From NCBI GenBank assembly GCA_964511535.1, contig CAZEFW010000013.1:3861-67860 (forward strand): a stretch of DNA of 64,000 nt, given 5' to 3'. The notes beneath the pieces are model-generated. The model saw nothing but the letters and a program-made list of their open reading frames with translations. It had not been told where the DNA came from and searched no databases. This stretch comes from an uncultured Myxococcales bacterium. GTDB lineage: Bacteria > Myxococcota_A > Polyangia > GCA-2747355 > CAZCFB01. The translations under genes were made by a program, and so were the position numbers. Below, one piece after another: positions 48,640 to 60,901 of the stretch. Every line of letters begins with the position of its first letter. The stretch's first letter is position 1.

Positions 48640-48807
48640 GAGGGGGGAGGGGGGTGAGTCCCTCCCCCACGCGAGTTCATCGCACGATGTGGGGGCTTTC
48701 CCCTGCGGCGAGGCGCTACCGCGGCACCGTCGCGCCCTGGCAACGCGCCTCCGGCGGAGCGCCCCGTGCTCGCCTCCTTCGGAGGCTCCGCGATGAAGCG
48801 GGGCGCT
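48640..48807. repeat. Multi-hairpin palindromic element between convergent genes
   Basis: GGGGGAGGG/CCCTCCCCC hairpin; AGCGCCCCG (48758-48766)/CGGGGCGCT (48799-48807) enclosing GCCTCC-TTCG-GAGGC. Confidence 0.6.
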
Positions 48808-50029
48808 ACTTCAGCTTGAACACCTTGATCTTCAGGTTCCCGCCGTCGAGGACGTAGATGTAGCCGGCGCTGTCCACGTCCACGCCGGTGGGCCCGTAGA
48901 GGCGGGCCTTGCCGATGGGGCCGTCCTTGTCGTTCCAGTCGTCCCCGCCGGCGAGGGTGGTCACGACGCCGTTGTGGATCTGGCGGATCCGGTTGCAGTT
49001 CTCGTCGGCCACCAGCACCCGGCCCTCCCTCGCCATGGCCACGTCGATGGGGTAGGCCAGGGAGGCCTTGGACAGGGCGCCGCCGTCGGCGCAGGTCTGT
49101 TGGGACGACGGCAGGCAGCCGGTCTTTTGTCCTGCGATGGTCAGCACCGTCCGGTCGGCGCGTAGCATGCGCACAGCGCAGTTGCCGATGTCGCCGATGA
49201 ACAGGTTGCCCGAGGGGTCGGTGTCGATGCCGATGGGCATGTTGAACCGGGCGACGGTGCCCTTGCCGTCGGCGTAGCCGGACTGCGGCTTGCCGCCGTT
49301 GGGGTTCTGCCCGGCCACGGTGTAGACCTTGCCGGCCTTGATGCGGCGGATGACATGGCTCTCGGAGTCCGAGACGAACACGCCTCCGCCGCTGTCCACG
49401 GCCACGCCGGTGGGGTTGCGGAAGCTGGCCGTGGAGGCGACGCCGTCCCTGTCCCCCCAGGACCCGCCGGCGAGCAGCGTGACCTTGCCGCCGCTGATGC
49501 GGCGCACGCCGCCGTTGCCGGGGTCGCCCACGAAGAGGTCTCCCTTGGGGCCGAAGGCCAGCCCGGAGGGGTAGTCGAACCGCGCCTCCAGCAGCGGCCC
49601 GTCGTCGCTGCCCTTCTTGCCCGACCCCGCCCAGGTGGTCACCTCGCCGTCCATGATCTTGCGGATCACATGCTTCTCCCCCTCCACCACATACACCTCG
49701 CCGGGGCTCGCCACGGCCAGATCCACCGCGTAGTGGAACCGCGCCGTGGCGGCCGGGCCGTTCTTGATCCCCTTCTCCCGGGTGCCCGCCAGGGTGATCA
49801 TGCAGCCGGGCGCCGGCGCCCAGGTGAAGCGGCTGAACACCGGGTCGCAGGCCCTGCAAGTGTCCCCTGCGAGGGTGCCGCCGCGCGGGTAGCACTGCCC
49901 GGCGATGGCGCAGCTGTCGTCGCCGCACAGGGCCGGATCGATGGGGTTGTCCAGAGACCAGCACCCCTGGCAGGCGAGGGCTGCCAGGGCCAGGCATGCG
50001 AGCAGGGCGGCGCGGCGTGGGGTCGTCAT
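48806..50029 (-). CDS. NHL-repeat lipoprotein
   Basis: Lipobox-like CQGC; repeats of DG...ARF.xPxGxAxD...LFV.D..N..IRxI; ATG overlaps the upstream stop (TGATG). Confidence 0.88.
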   Translation of the reverse strand: MTTPRRAALLACLALAALACQGCWSLDNPIDPALCGDDSCAIAGQCYPRGGTLAGDTCRACDPVFSRFTWAPAPGCMITLAGTREKGIKNGPAATARFHYAVDLAVASPGEVYVVEGEKHVIRKIMDGEVTTWAGSGKKGSDDGPLLEARFDYPSGLAFGPKGDLFVGDPGNGGVRRISGGKVTLLAGGSWGDRDGVASTASFRNPTGVAVDSGGGVFVSDSESHVIRRIKAGKVYTVAGQNPNGGKPQSGYADGKGTVARFNMPIGIDTDPSGNLFIGDIGNCAVRMLRADRTVLTIAGQKTGCLPSSQQTCADGGALSKASLAYPIDVAMAREGRVLVADENCNRIRQIHNGVVTTLAGGDDWNDKDGPIGKARLYGPTGVDVDSAGYIYVLDGGNLKIKVFKLK

Positions 50030-51080
50030 CAGAACCACCCCCGGATCCCGACGCCAGCGGGGCGGACACCCACGGCGCCAGTTGCCCGGGCCGCGGCGGT
50101 CTTTCGGCCCTCGCCAGCGGGAGGTCGGGTTACGAACAGGTAGACGGCCACGCCCAGCGCAGCGGCGGCCACTCCCGCGGCTACATGCCCGCCGATTACG
50201 AGTTTCTGGGCAGCCTCAACGTCCTGCCGGTGCAGGGCAGCCTCGACCGGGTCGGTGGTGGCCTTGTACTTCTCGTGAGCTTCGTTGCCCTGTTCCATCC
50301 CGAGGCCATACAGCGCCCCGGCGCCGGCAGCGGCCAGGGCGGCCAGGCTGAGGGTGGTGTAGCCGATGATGGCGCGGGTGCGGCGGGAGCTCCCCGCATC
50401 GTCTGCGACGCCGGCGGGCGCTGCGACGCCGGGGGCAGGGCGCGGCGCCGCCGCGGGACGGGCACGCCCCGGCAGCAGCGTGAAGTGGTTCAGCTGCCCC
50501 TCGAGGATCATCTTCCGCTGGCCCGCGTCGGGTCGGGGCCAGGCCGGCACCATCACCTCGCGCGTGCGCGGCCGGTAGCCGGTGGTGCGCACCTCCACGC
50601 GGTGCTCTCCTGCCAGCAGAGGCAACGGTGAATCGAGGCTGCGCTTCACGGTCTCGCCGTCCACCAACACCTGGTGCTCGCCCGGGCCGAGCCGCAGTCG
50701 CAGCAGGCCCACCATGGCGGCGCGCGCCAGCCTGAAGGTCTGGATCACGGCCGGCTTGTGGGCGCCCGGCTCCGGGTCCATGGCCGGCGCGAGCTTCACC
50801 GCGCGGCTGAACGCGGCGTTGGCCTCCTCCGGGCGCTTGAGCTCCACCTGGTTGCAGCCGATGTAGAAGTGAACCCGGGAGAGGGCGGCCGGGTCGGTGG
50901 TGGTGGCGGCGGCCTTCTCCAGGGCCCGGATGGAGCCCTTGAAGTCGGCCAGGCCGTAGCGCTCGATCCCCTTGTTCAGGGCGCTCTGGCCGTCGTCGGC
51001 GTGGGCCACGGGAACGGGGAAGGGGAGAGGGTGGGCCAGAGCCAGGACGAGGGCCAGGGCCAGGGGGGTGGGGCGCATGG

Positions 51081-51084
<4 letters not shown>
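50029..51084 (-). CDS. Secreted TPR-PEGA protein with C-terminal hydrophobic hairpin
   Basis: Signal peptide; TPRs; PEGA-like VLVDG...LLAGEHRVEV...GY; two hydrophobic segments; ends GIRGWF. Confidence 0.8.
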
Positions 51085-52664
<1,580 letters not shown>

Positions 52665-52667
52665 GGC

Positions 52668-55600
52668 TCACCCGGTCAGGCGCCTGCGGAAGCGCGGGTA
52701 GGCCTCGCTGGCGGCGAAGGTCACGAGGTCTCGCAGCGCCGCCGACCCCTCCATGGCGCCGGGATCCCCCGGGTCGCCGAGGCCCTCTTCCCGGGCGATG
52801 ATGCGGGCGGCCAGCTCGAAGTCTCCGCACAGCAGCAGGCCCGCGCGGTTGGCGCCGTGCCAGGAGGCTTGCCGCCATCGCGCGCTGTCGAAGGGCCAGC
52901 TGCCGAGCTCGCGGAACAGCTCGCCCAGCCGCCGCGCGACCTTGAACGGCAGGGCGCGGCGGAACAGGCTCACCTGCTCCAGCGCCGCCTTGTCCAGGTC
53001 CTTGCGGCCCCGCATGTGGCGGGGGTGGAACGCCCGCAGCACCTTGAGCATCAGGGCGGCAAAGGCGTCCTGCTCCTGGCCCGCGGCCAGCACGCCGGTC
53101 GGGCCGGTCGCCTCCAGGGCTCTGCCCAGCAGGAACAGCAGCTCCGCGGTGCCGCGCCCCTCGAGGTCCCCCGGGCTGGCCACCACGGCGGGCATGGCCA
53201 TGGCCACCACCCTCGGGGTGGGGGCGCGCAGCGGGTGGTCTTCATCGACGAGGAACAGCTGGGCGCCGGACCGCCCCAGCGCCCTTGCCGCGGCGTTGAA
53301 CGCCAGCGCCGGTGCCGAGGGGTCCATGGGCGGGACCTTGTCGGCGGGGTCCAGCCCGACCTCCTCCGGCTCCAGGGGGAACAGGGTCTTGGCCTGGGCC
53401 CACAGCAGCTGGAACATCTCCTCCAGGGCCGGCGACATTGGCAGCGGGGAAAGCGCCTCCCGATCCTCCTCGATGAGCTGGCCGGCGTAGGGGCGCTCGG
53501 CGTCCAGCTCGGCCGGACAGTAGCCGGCCAGGTACGCCTCGCCCGCGCCGTCCAGCCCGCCCAACAACCTCAGCGCCTGGTACAGGGCGCGCGCCTGCTC
53601 CGGCTCGGTGCGCAGCGCGGCGGCGGCCAGTGCGCGCAGGGACTCCACCCGGCAGCCGTCCAGGGCGAGGATCCGGCGGTGGTGCCCCAGGGCCACGCCG
53701 GGGTCCACCTCGGGCAGCAGCCCGTACATGGCGCCCAACTCCTCGAGCAGCTCCAGATCGTCGCCCAGCATGTCCAGGGCCTCTTCCAGCGCGGCGACGG
53801 CTCCCTGGATCTTGCCCTGCGCCCTGAAGGCCCGGGCCATCAGCCGGAGCAGGCGGCCCCGACGGGACTTCCCTGCCTCCGTGGGGGGCGGCGGGCGACC
53901 GGTGACATATTCGCCCGCCAGCTGCGCCGCCTCCTCGTAGGACTCCTGCTCGACCAGGTAGGCGGTGAGCCCCTCCACCGCCTTGCCGCTCGACGGGTCG
54001 AGGGCCAGCACCTCGCGCCAGCGGCTGGCCGCTTGCTCGGCCTGGCCGGCGGCCATGCGCGCCCCGGCCGCCGTGAGCAGCAGCTCGCTGCTCTGGCGCG
54101 GCTCGTCCAGCAGCGCGGCCAGGTCCTCGGCCACCGCCGCGCCGGCGGCGTGGCGGCCAGCCGACCGGAGCACCGAGAGCATCCCGGGCAGCACCTCCAG
54201 CTTGGTGGCGTCGTCATCCCCCAGCAGGCTGTGCAGCTCCTCGTAGCAGCCGGCCGCGCCGGGCAGATCGTTCAGGTGATCCCGGCGCAGGTCCCCCTGC
54301 AGCCGCAGCAGGTCGAGGCGGCGAGCGGGATCGTCGGTGATGCCGAGCAGCCGGTCCAGGGCGCCCGCGGCGCGGCTCCACTGCTCGTTGTCCATGGAGA
54401 TGAACGCCAGCTCCGTCAGGGCGTGGTCATGCTCCGGGTCCACCGACAGCGCCCCTTGCAGCAGCTCCACCGCCTGCTCCGCGCGATCCAGGGCCGCGGC
54501 GCTGCGGCCGCCGGCGTACAGTGCCTCGGCCAGGTCCGCCCGCGGGATCCCCTCGCGCTCCACGCGCAGCAGCGGCTCCAAATAATCCAGCGCCTCGCGC
54601 CAGCGCTCCAGCTGGAACCGGTTGAGCCCCACCGCCAGGCGCAGCATCGGGTCCTCCGGATCCTTTCGGTGGGCGTCGAGCAGGAAGGTGAACGCCTCTG
54701 CGTGCTGGCCGAGCCGCTGGTACACCTCCCCGAGGCGCATGCCGAGCAGCCCGGACGCCGTGCCCCCGCTCAGCCGGGTCAGCGCGTCCTCCAGCAGCAG
54801 CCGGGCCGCGTCCAGGCGGTCCTGCTCCACCAGCAGCCTCGAGAGGCCGTCCACGGCTTCGGGGAGGTCATCGCACAGCTCCAGGGCGCGCTGGAACAGC
54901 TCCTCGGCCTCCGAGGCGGAGGCCCCGCGTGACAGCCGCAGGTCGGCCAGCTCGGCCAGAGTGGCGGCCTGCCCCCGCGGATCCTGGACAAGCTCTGACT
55001 TGCGCCGCAGGAGCTGCTCGGCGCGCTCGGCCCCGCTGCGCCCGCTGAGCCGGATCACCGCGTCCATGGCGGGCAGGTGGTCCGGGCTGCGCTGCAGCAC
55101 GCGCTCGTAGAGCTGCCTGGCCCGGTCCGGATCGCCGGCGTTGTTCTCCAGCACATGGCCGGTGACCATGAGCGAGTCGTCCACGTCCACCTCGCCGGGC
55201 GCCAGGTCGATAATCCGCTCCAGCGCGTCGGCGTACTGCGCCCATGATTCATGCCGCCAGTGGTAACTGGAGATGGCCTGCAGCACGGCCACATGCTCCG
55301 GGGCCAGCTCACTGGCCTGCTCCAGCGCGCCCCACGCGTCTTCCGCGCGCTCCAGCCCGGCGTCGAGCACCTCGGCCAGCTGCACCAGGAGCTCCGCCTG
55401 CGCCACCGCCGGGGCGCCGCTGTCTCGCGCGGCGGCCAGCCGATCCTGCAGCAGGCCGGCGGCCTCCTCGGCGCGGTCGCCTCGCAGCAGCAGCCCGGTG
55501 AGCTCCTCGTCCAGCGCGGGATCCGCTTCACCCATGGCCCGGGCTCGCTGCAGGTGGGCAACGGCGGCGTCCATGTCGTCCTCGCCCACCAGGCGGGCCA

Positions 55601-58600
55601 GCCGAACCAGCAGGGGCCGCGCCTCGGCGGGGTCGTCGCCGGCCAGCTCGACCCACTGCTGGATCAGCGACAGCAGGTCGTCCCTTCGCTCGTGCTGCTC
55701 GTACAGCTCCGCCAGGGCGCGCAGGGCCGCCCGGTCACCCGGGTCCAGCTCCAGCAGCTGCTTGTAGACCTCCATGGCGCGATCCGGCAGCTCGAGCTCG
55801 TCCTGCTGGACCCCCGCCAGCCGGTGAAGCGCGGCCAGCGCCGCGGGCCGGTCGTCCTCCTCCAGGCTGCGCTCGCTGATCTGCTCCAGGGTCGCCACGA
55901 GGTCCGCCCACTCGCCGAGCTCCTGGTACAGGTTCGCCAGCCGCAGCAGCAGGTCCCGCCCGCACCCGGGGAGCTGGACCAGGCGTCCGAGGAACCGGGT
56001 GGCCTCCTCGGGCTGCCGCAGCCGCTCCTGGTGCAGGTCGGCCAGCTGGCGCAGGCGATCCGCCAGCGCCTCCGGTTCGAGCCCGCGCTCCAGCGACCGC
56101 AGCTGGCGGGCCTTCAGCTCGGCGAGGTCGGGCAGCCGCTGCAGCCGCTCCAGCAGGTCGGCCAGGGTCTGCTCCGCGGCGGCGCAGCCCGGATCCAGCT
56201 CCAGCGCCTCCCGCAGGTGCTTCTCGGCCTCGGCCTCGCGCCCACGCTCCAGCAGCAGATCGGCCACGCGCAGCTCCAGCCGAAGCAGCTGCCCGGCGTC
56301 GGTGGCGCGCTCCACGGAGTCGGCCAGGATGCGGATCAGATCATCCACCCGCCCGTGCGCTCGGCACAGCGACTCCAGCGCCTCCGAGACCTCCTCATGC
56401 TCCGGGTCCAGGGCCGCGGCCTCGGCCAGCACGCCGAGGGCGCGCTCCACATCGCCGGCGCCCTCCTGCCAGACCCGCGCCTGCCGCAGCAGCCAGCCCA
56501 CGCGCACGGCGGGGGAGGAGGCCGGCAGGTCCCGGTAGGTCTCGGCCAGCTCGGCCCAGGCGTCGATGGTCGGCTCCGGCGGCCGCGGCGGCCCCGGCCG
56601 GAGCTCGGCCGAGAGCACGTCGGCATCCCCCAGCTCCAGGGTGGCGCCCTCCTCGTCGTCGTCCGCGCCGGGCAGGGCGCCGTCGGGCAGCGTGGGCTCG
56701 TCCAGCCCCTCTCCCGGGCCGGGGGTCAGGTCCTCGACCCCCATGGCCTCCATGTCATCGGTCATCACCTCGTGGAGCGCGCCGTCCTCGTCTGTCAGCG
56801 CCATGCCCTCCGACCCCTCCTCGTCCACCTCCTCGAGGCCCATGGTCTCCAGGTCCACCTCCTGGGTCGCGTCGCCCCGACCTTCGCCCTCCGCCTCGAC
56901 GTCGATCTCGATGGACTCGGCGCTGACATCGGAGCCGAGGTCTATCTCGATGGACTCGCCGGTCTCGGTGACCACCGGCGGGGGCGATGACTTGCCGCAC
57001 AGCTCCGTGGCCAGCCGCCACAGGTGCTCCTCGGAGATCTCCTCCTCCGGAGCGAGGGTCAGCGCCTGCAGGTAGGTGCGGAAGGCGGGCACCTTCAGGC
57101 CCGCCTTCTCCTCCTGGAGCGAGGCCATGTGCCACAGCAGGCTGAGCCGCTCCTGCGCGGAGTCCACCAGGTCCACCCGGCGCAGGTGAATCTCCAGCAC
57201 CTCGCCCCAGCGGTTCGCCCTCTCGGCGAGGCGCTCGGCCTCTTCGGGCAGCCAGGCCAGATCGGGCTCGAACCCGCCCAGGGCGGCCAGCGCCTTGAGC
57301 GCGTGGCCGGGGTCCTCCAGCGCCTGCTCCGCCAGGGAGGCCTCCCGCTGCAGCAGCTCCCGGCGCCGCTCGGCATCCTGCTCGCTGGTGGCCACCTTGC
57401 GGTAGACACCCAGCAGCTTGCGCTGCTCCTCCGGCGCCGTGGCCAGCGCCTCGAGCCGGGGCAGCACCTCCAGGCCCGCCGGGTCCACAGAAAGCCCCTG
57501 CACCAGCTCCTCGAAGGCCGAGGCCGGGTCCTCCAGCTCCTCCTGGCAGATCTCGGCCACGCGGAAGGTGAGCTGCAGGAACCGCTCCGGGCGCCCCTCT
57601 CGCTGCCGCTGCTCCAGCAGCAGCACCGACAGATCGTCCCACAGCCCGTGCTCCCGGGTGAGCCGCTCCAACTCCGCGGTGATCTCCTCCCGGCCGCCAG
57701 AAAGCTCGTGGGCTCGACGCAGCCAGCCGAAGGCGGCCGCGCTGTCGTGCAGGTCCTCCTCGTAAAGGCGGGCCATCTCCACCAGCAGATCCAGCTGCTG
57801 GCCTGGATCGGCCAGGGCCCCGAGCAGGGCCTGACCCACCCGCGCGGTGCGCTGATGGGCCTCGCTCCCCCGCACCAGTTCGTACAGCTCCTGCAGCGCG
57901 TCGAGGTGCTCCGGGTCGAGCCCGAGGACCCGCTCATAGGCCAGCACCGCCCGGGAGCTCGCCCCCTCCGCGGCGGCCCACATGCGCGCCACCTCCAGGG
58001 CCAGCGCCGTGCGCTCTCGCGGGTCGCCGGTGAGCAGGGAGAGCTCGCGCTCGGCCAGCTCGCACACCCTCGCCTCGTCGCCCCGGGCCTGGTGCAGCGC
58101 GCGCAGGCGATGGTGCAGATCGAGGTCGCCGGGGACGTCCTTTCGCAGCACCCGCTCCAGCAGCTCCAGCGCCGCCCCGGGGTCGTCCAGCCGCTCCTCG
58201 TACAGGTCCGCCAGGCGGAACGCGATGGCCACCCTGTCCTCGGGGTCCTCCGCCAGCTCCAGCTGCTCGGTCAGCATCTCTGCCGCCTCGCTGAAGCGCC
58301 CCAGCTGGCCCAGCAGCCGCACCAGCGCGTCCCGGGTGGCCCTGTCCGCGGGCAGCAGCTCGGCCCGGCGCCGGTAGGCCTCCACCGCGTCGCCTGGCAG
58401 GTCGAGCTGCTCCTCGGCGAGCAGGGCGATCTCGGACAGCAGCATGACCAGGGGGCCCACCGGCTGCTCCGGCAGCGCCGCCTGCCGCCGCTTGAGCAGG
58501 GCGAGCAGGTCGTGCATGCGGCCCGCGTCGCGGTACAGGCCGCTCAGCGCCTCCATGGCGTCGGCGTTGTCCGGGTCGAGGGTCAGGATCTGCTCGTAGG

Positions 58601-60764
58601 CCTGGGTGGCCCGGCTGTGGTCGTCGAGCTCTCCGCCGGCGATGGCGGCCACCCGCTCCAGCGACTCCACCCGGCGGGCCATGCTGCGAGAGGTCTGGGC
58701 GCGCTGCTCCAGGAACCGGAGCAGGCCCTCGAGGTCCTCGGTCTCCTCCAGCAGGCGCAGCACCCGCTCCTGCACCCGGTAGTCTGACGGGTTCAGCTCC
58801 AGCAGGGCCTGGTAGGCGGACAGCGCCCGGCCGGGGTTGCCCAGCTTGGTGCCGTGCAGGCCGCCGACGCGCCGCAGGATGGAGATGCGCTCGGCCTTGG
58901 TCATCATGCCGTCGAGCTGGGCGGTGAGCGCCTCGGCGAGCCCCGCGAAGTCGGCCTCCCGCTCGCAGATGTCCACCCGCATGCGCATGGCGTGCTCGTC
59001 CTGGGGCGACAGCTCGAGGATCTCCTGCAGGATCGCCATGGTTCGCTCGGGGTCCACCTGCCACTCGAAGTAGACCTTGGCCATGCGCCGCAGCGCCTGG
59101 ACCCGCTGGGTCTGGCTCACCGCCTCGGCGGCCTCCCGCTCCAGGGCCTGGATCTTCTGCTGCCAGCTCTGCATACGGACGCCCAGGCGCTCCAGCGCCT
59201 CTTGCGACTTCTGGGTGTCCGGGTGGAGCTCGGCGATCTGCTGCCACGCCTCCACCGCGCCCTCCAGGTCCCCGAGGCGGCGCTCGGATATGTCCGCCAC
59301 CTCCTCCAGCAGGACGCACACCTCCAGGGCCGGCATCCCGGCCTGGCGCTGCTGGTCAGCCAGGAACCGCTGGAGGTTGACCAGGTTGCGGTAGTCGCCC
59401 TTGCTCCGGAAATAGCTCTGGTACGCCTGCTGGGCCTCGACGTTATCGGGCTGCAGCTGCATCACCTCGTGGATCAGGTGGCCTGACGCCTCGGGGTCGT
59501 CCAGGCGGTCTCGCAGGGTGGCGCTGATCTCGAGCATCAGCGCCACCCTGGAGTCGAGGGTGGTGCACGCGTCCAGCTGCGCCTCGAGCACCTGGACCGC
59601 CTTCGCCCAGTGGCGCCCCTCCCGGTAGATGTCCAGCAGCTGGGCCGCTGCCTCGCCCACCGGCCCCTGGTAGGGCAGGGCGGCCTCGTAGCAGCGGCGA
59701 GCGTCGTCCGTGCGGCCCAGGTGTCGCAGCAGAAGGTCAGCCCGATACATCTGCAGGGTGGCGGCATCCTGCTCGCTGCTCGCGGCGATGCGCTGGCTGT
59801 ACAGGCGCTCCAGCTCGTCCCAGGCCTCCCTTTGCTGGTAGGCCGCCTCGAGCGCCCTGAACGCTTCATCGTCCGAGGGGTTCGCCCCCAGCGCCCGGCG
59901 CAGCAGCTCCACGGCGCCCTCGTGGTTCTCCGCCGCCTCGCGGGCCCGGGCGATGTGCAGGAACTCGGCCGCGGCCCGGGTCAGGCCGTCCTCCCCGGGG
60001 TAGTCGGGCGAGGAGTACAGCTCTCCAAGGGCCAGCTGCAGCTCCTCGTCCTCGGGCAGCAGGGCGCGGGCGTCGGCGAGCGTCCGCGCCGCGTCGAGCA
60101 GGGCCCCCTGGCGGCGCCACTGGATCTCGCCCAGCTCTCGCAGCAGGCCTGCCCGGGCCGCCGGGTCCTCTGTAATGGACACCTCCAGGCCGAGCAGCGA
60201 GGCGGCGCCGTCCCACAGCCCGAGGGAGGCGTAGATTCGCCGCCCGGCCGCCAGCGCCTCGGCGTGGCTGCGATCCGCCTCGAAGGCGCGCTGGTAGCAG
60301 GCCAGGGCCTCGTCAGCCCGGCTCAGGCGCTGCTCCCACAGCTGACCCGACCGGTACTCCAGGTCCGCCAGCAGCGGAGCGGCGCCCGCGTCGGTCCGGG
60401 CCGCCAGCAGCTCGACCTGTACCGCCAACAGCCCGGCCAGGTCGGCCCACTGCTCCCGGTCTGTGAACAGCTGGTCCAGGCGCTCGAGCACCCGCGGGTC
60501 GCGGTTGTCCTGGGCCAGGGCCCGGGACAGCACCCGCACCTCGGCGTCGCCGTCGCCCGCCTCCTCGTGGATACGCGCCGCCTCCCACAGCAGATCCACC
60601 GCGCCGGTGGTGGGGTCCAGGTGGGCCGCCCGGGTCTCCTGCGTCCTGGCCAGCTCGGCCAGGCGCCCCTCGGCCCGGTACGCGTCACTCAGCGCCGCGA
60701 ACGCCTCCTGATCGGAGGGGTCCCTGGCGAAGGCGCGCTCGAGGGTTCGAAGGTCCTGTGACAA
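52668..60764 (-). CDS. Giant TPR protein (2698 aa), AgmK-like
   Basis: TTG start with AGGAG RBS; continuous TPRs (A...Y...LELDP...A..AL..LY); central acidic linker; C-terminal ANRAGLLLCGD...F...R domain typical of myxobacterial giant TPR proteins. Confidence 0.85.
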   Translation of the reverse strand: MSQDLRTLERAFARDPSDQEAFAALSDAYRAEGRLAELARTQETRAAHLDPTTGAVDLLWEAARIHEEAGDGDAEVRVLSRALAQDNRDPRVLERLDQLFTDREQWADLAGLLAVQVELLAARTDAGAAPLLADLEYRSGQLWEQRLSRADEALACYQRAFEADRSHAEALAAGRRIYASLGLWDGAASLLGLEVSITEDPAARAGLLRELGEIQWRRQGALLDAARTLADARALLPEDEELQLALGELYSSPDYPGEDGLTRAAAEFLHIARAREAAENHEGAVELLRRALGANPSDDEAFRALEAAYQQREAWDELERLYSQRIAASSEQDAATLQMYRADLLLRHLGRTDDARRCYEAALPYQGPVGEAAAQLLDIYREGRHWAKAVQVLEAQLDACTTLDSRVALMLEISATLRDRLDDPEASGHLIHEVMQLQPDNVEAQQAYQSYFRSKGDYRNLVNLQRFLADQQRQAGMPALEVCVLLEEVADISERRLGDLEGAVEAWQQIAELHPDTQKSQEALERLGVRMQSWQQKIQALEREAAEAVSQTQRVQALRRMAKVYFEWQVDPERTMAILQEILELSPQDEHAMRMRVDICEREADFAGLAEALTAQLDGMMTKAERISILRRVGGLHGTKLGNPGRALSAYQALLELNPSDYRVQERVLRLLEETEDLEGLLRFLEQRAQTSRSMARRVESLERVAAIAGGELDDHSRATQAYEQILTLDPDNADAMEALSGLYRDAGRMHDLLALLKRRQAALPEQPVGPLVMLLSEIALLAEEQLDLPGDAVEAYRRRAELLPADRATRDALVRLLGQLGRFSEAAEMLTEQLELAEDPEDRVAIAFRLADLYEERLDDPGAALELLERVLRKDVPGDLDLHHRLRALHQARGDEARVCELAERELSLLTGDPRERTALALEVARMWAAAEGASSRAVLAYERVLGLDPEHLDALQELYELVRGSEAHQRTARVGQALLGALADPGQQLDLLVEMARLYEEDLHDSAAAFGWLRRAHELSGGREEITAELERLTREHGLWDDLSVLLLEQRQREGRPERFLQLTFRVAEICQEELEDPASAFEELVQGLSVDPAGLEVLPRLEALATAPEEQRKLLGVYRKVATSEQDAERRRELLQREASLAEQALEDPGHALKALAALGGFEPDLAWLPEEAERLAERANRWGEVLEIHLRRVDLVDSAQERLSLLWHMASLQEEKAGLKVPAFRTYLQALTLAPEEEISEEHLWRLATELCGKSSPPPVVTETGESIEIDLGSDVSAESIEIDVEAEGEGRGDATQEVDLETMGLEEVDEEGSEGMALTDEDGALHEVMTDDMEAMGVEDLTPGPGEGLDEPTLPDGALPGADDDEEGATLELGDADVLSAELRPGPPRPPEPTIDAWAELAETYRDLPASSPAVRVGWLLRQARVWQEGAGDVERALGVLAEAAALDPEHEEVSEALESLCRAHGRVDDLIRILADSVERATDAGQLLRLELRVADLLLERGREAEAEKHLREALELDPGCAAAEQTLADLLERLQRLPDLAELKARQLRSLERGLEPEALADRLRQLADLHQERLRQPEEATRFLGRLVQLPGCGRDLLLRLANLYQELGEWADLVATLEQISERSLEEDDRPAALAALHRLAGVQQDELELPDRAMEVYKQLLELDPGDRAALRALAELYEQHERRDDLLSLIQQWVELAGDDPAEARPLLVRLARLVGEDDMDAAVAHLQRARAMGEADPALDEELTGLLLRGDRAEEAAGLLQDRLAAARDSGAPAVAQAELLVQLAEVLDAGLERAEDAWGALEQASELAPEHVAVLQAISSYHWRHESWAQYADALERIIDLAPGEVDVDDSLMVTGHVLENNAGDPDRARQLYERVLQRSPDHLPAMDAVIRLSGRSGAERAEQLLRRKSELVQDPRGQAATLAELADLRLSRGASASEAEELFQRALELCDDLPEAVDGLSRLLVEQDRLDAARLLLEDALTRLSGGTASGLLGMRLGEVYQRLGQHAEAFTFLLDAHRKDPEDPMLRLAVGLNRFQLERWREALDYLEPLLRVEREGIPRADLAEALYAGGRSAAALDRAEQAVELLQGALSVDPEHDHALTELAFISMDNEQWSRAAGALDRLLGITDDPARRLDLLRLQGDLRRDHLNDLPGAAGCYEELHSLLGDDDATKLEVLPGMLSVLRSAGRHAAGAAVAEDLAALLDEPRQSSELLLTAAGARMAAGQAEQAASRWREVLALDPSSGKAVEGLTAYLVEQESYEEAAQLAGEYVTGRPPPPTEAGKSRRGRLLRLMARAFRAQGKIQGAVAALEEALDMLGDDLELLEELGAMYGLLPEVDPGVALGHHRRILALDGCRVESLRALAAAALRTEPEQARALYQALRLLGGLDGAGEAYLAGYCPAELDAERPYAGQLIEEDREALSPLPMSPALEEMFQLLWAQAKTLFPLEPEEVGLDPADKVPPMDPSAPALAFNAAARALGRSGAQLFLVDEDHPLRAPTPRVVAMAMPAVVASPGDLEGRGTAELLFLLGRALEATGPTGVLAAGQEQDAFAALMLKVLRAFHPRHMRGRKDLDKAALEQVSLFRRALPFKVARRLGELFRELGSWPFDSARWRQASWHGANRAGLLLCGDFELAARIIAREEGLGDPGDPGAMEGSAALRDLVTFAASEAYPRFRRRLTG

Positions 60765-60901
60765 GGAGGCTCCTGCTGAATAGGGTGACGATCAATGTAC
60801 ACCGGCACTCCCTCGAATTCCCAGACCATTTTCATGGTCGCGCTGCCTGACCGTGGCCACCTCGCGTGCTAAGTTGAGCAGTCGTTCCCAACAGGAGAAT
60901 C

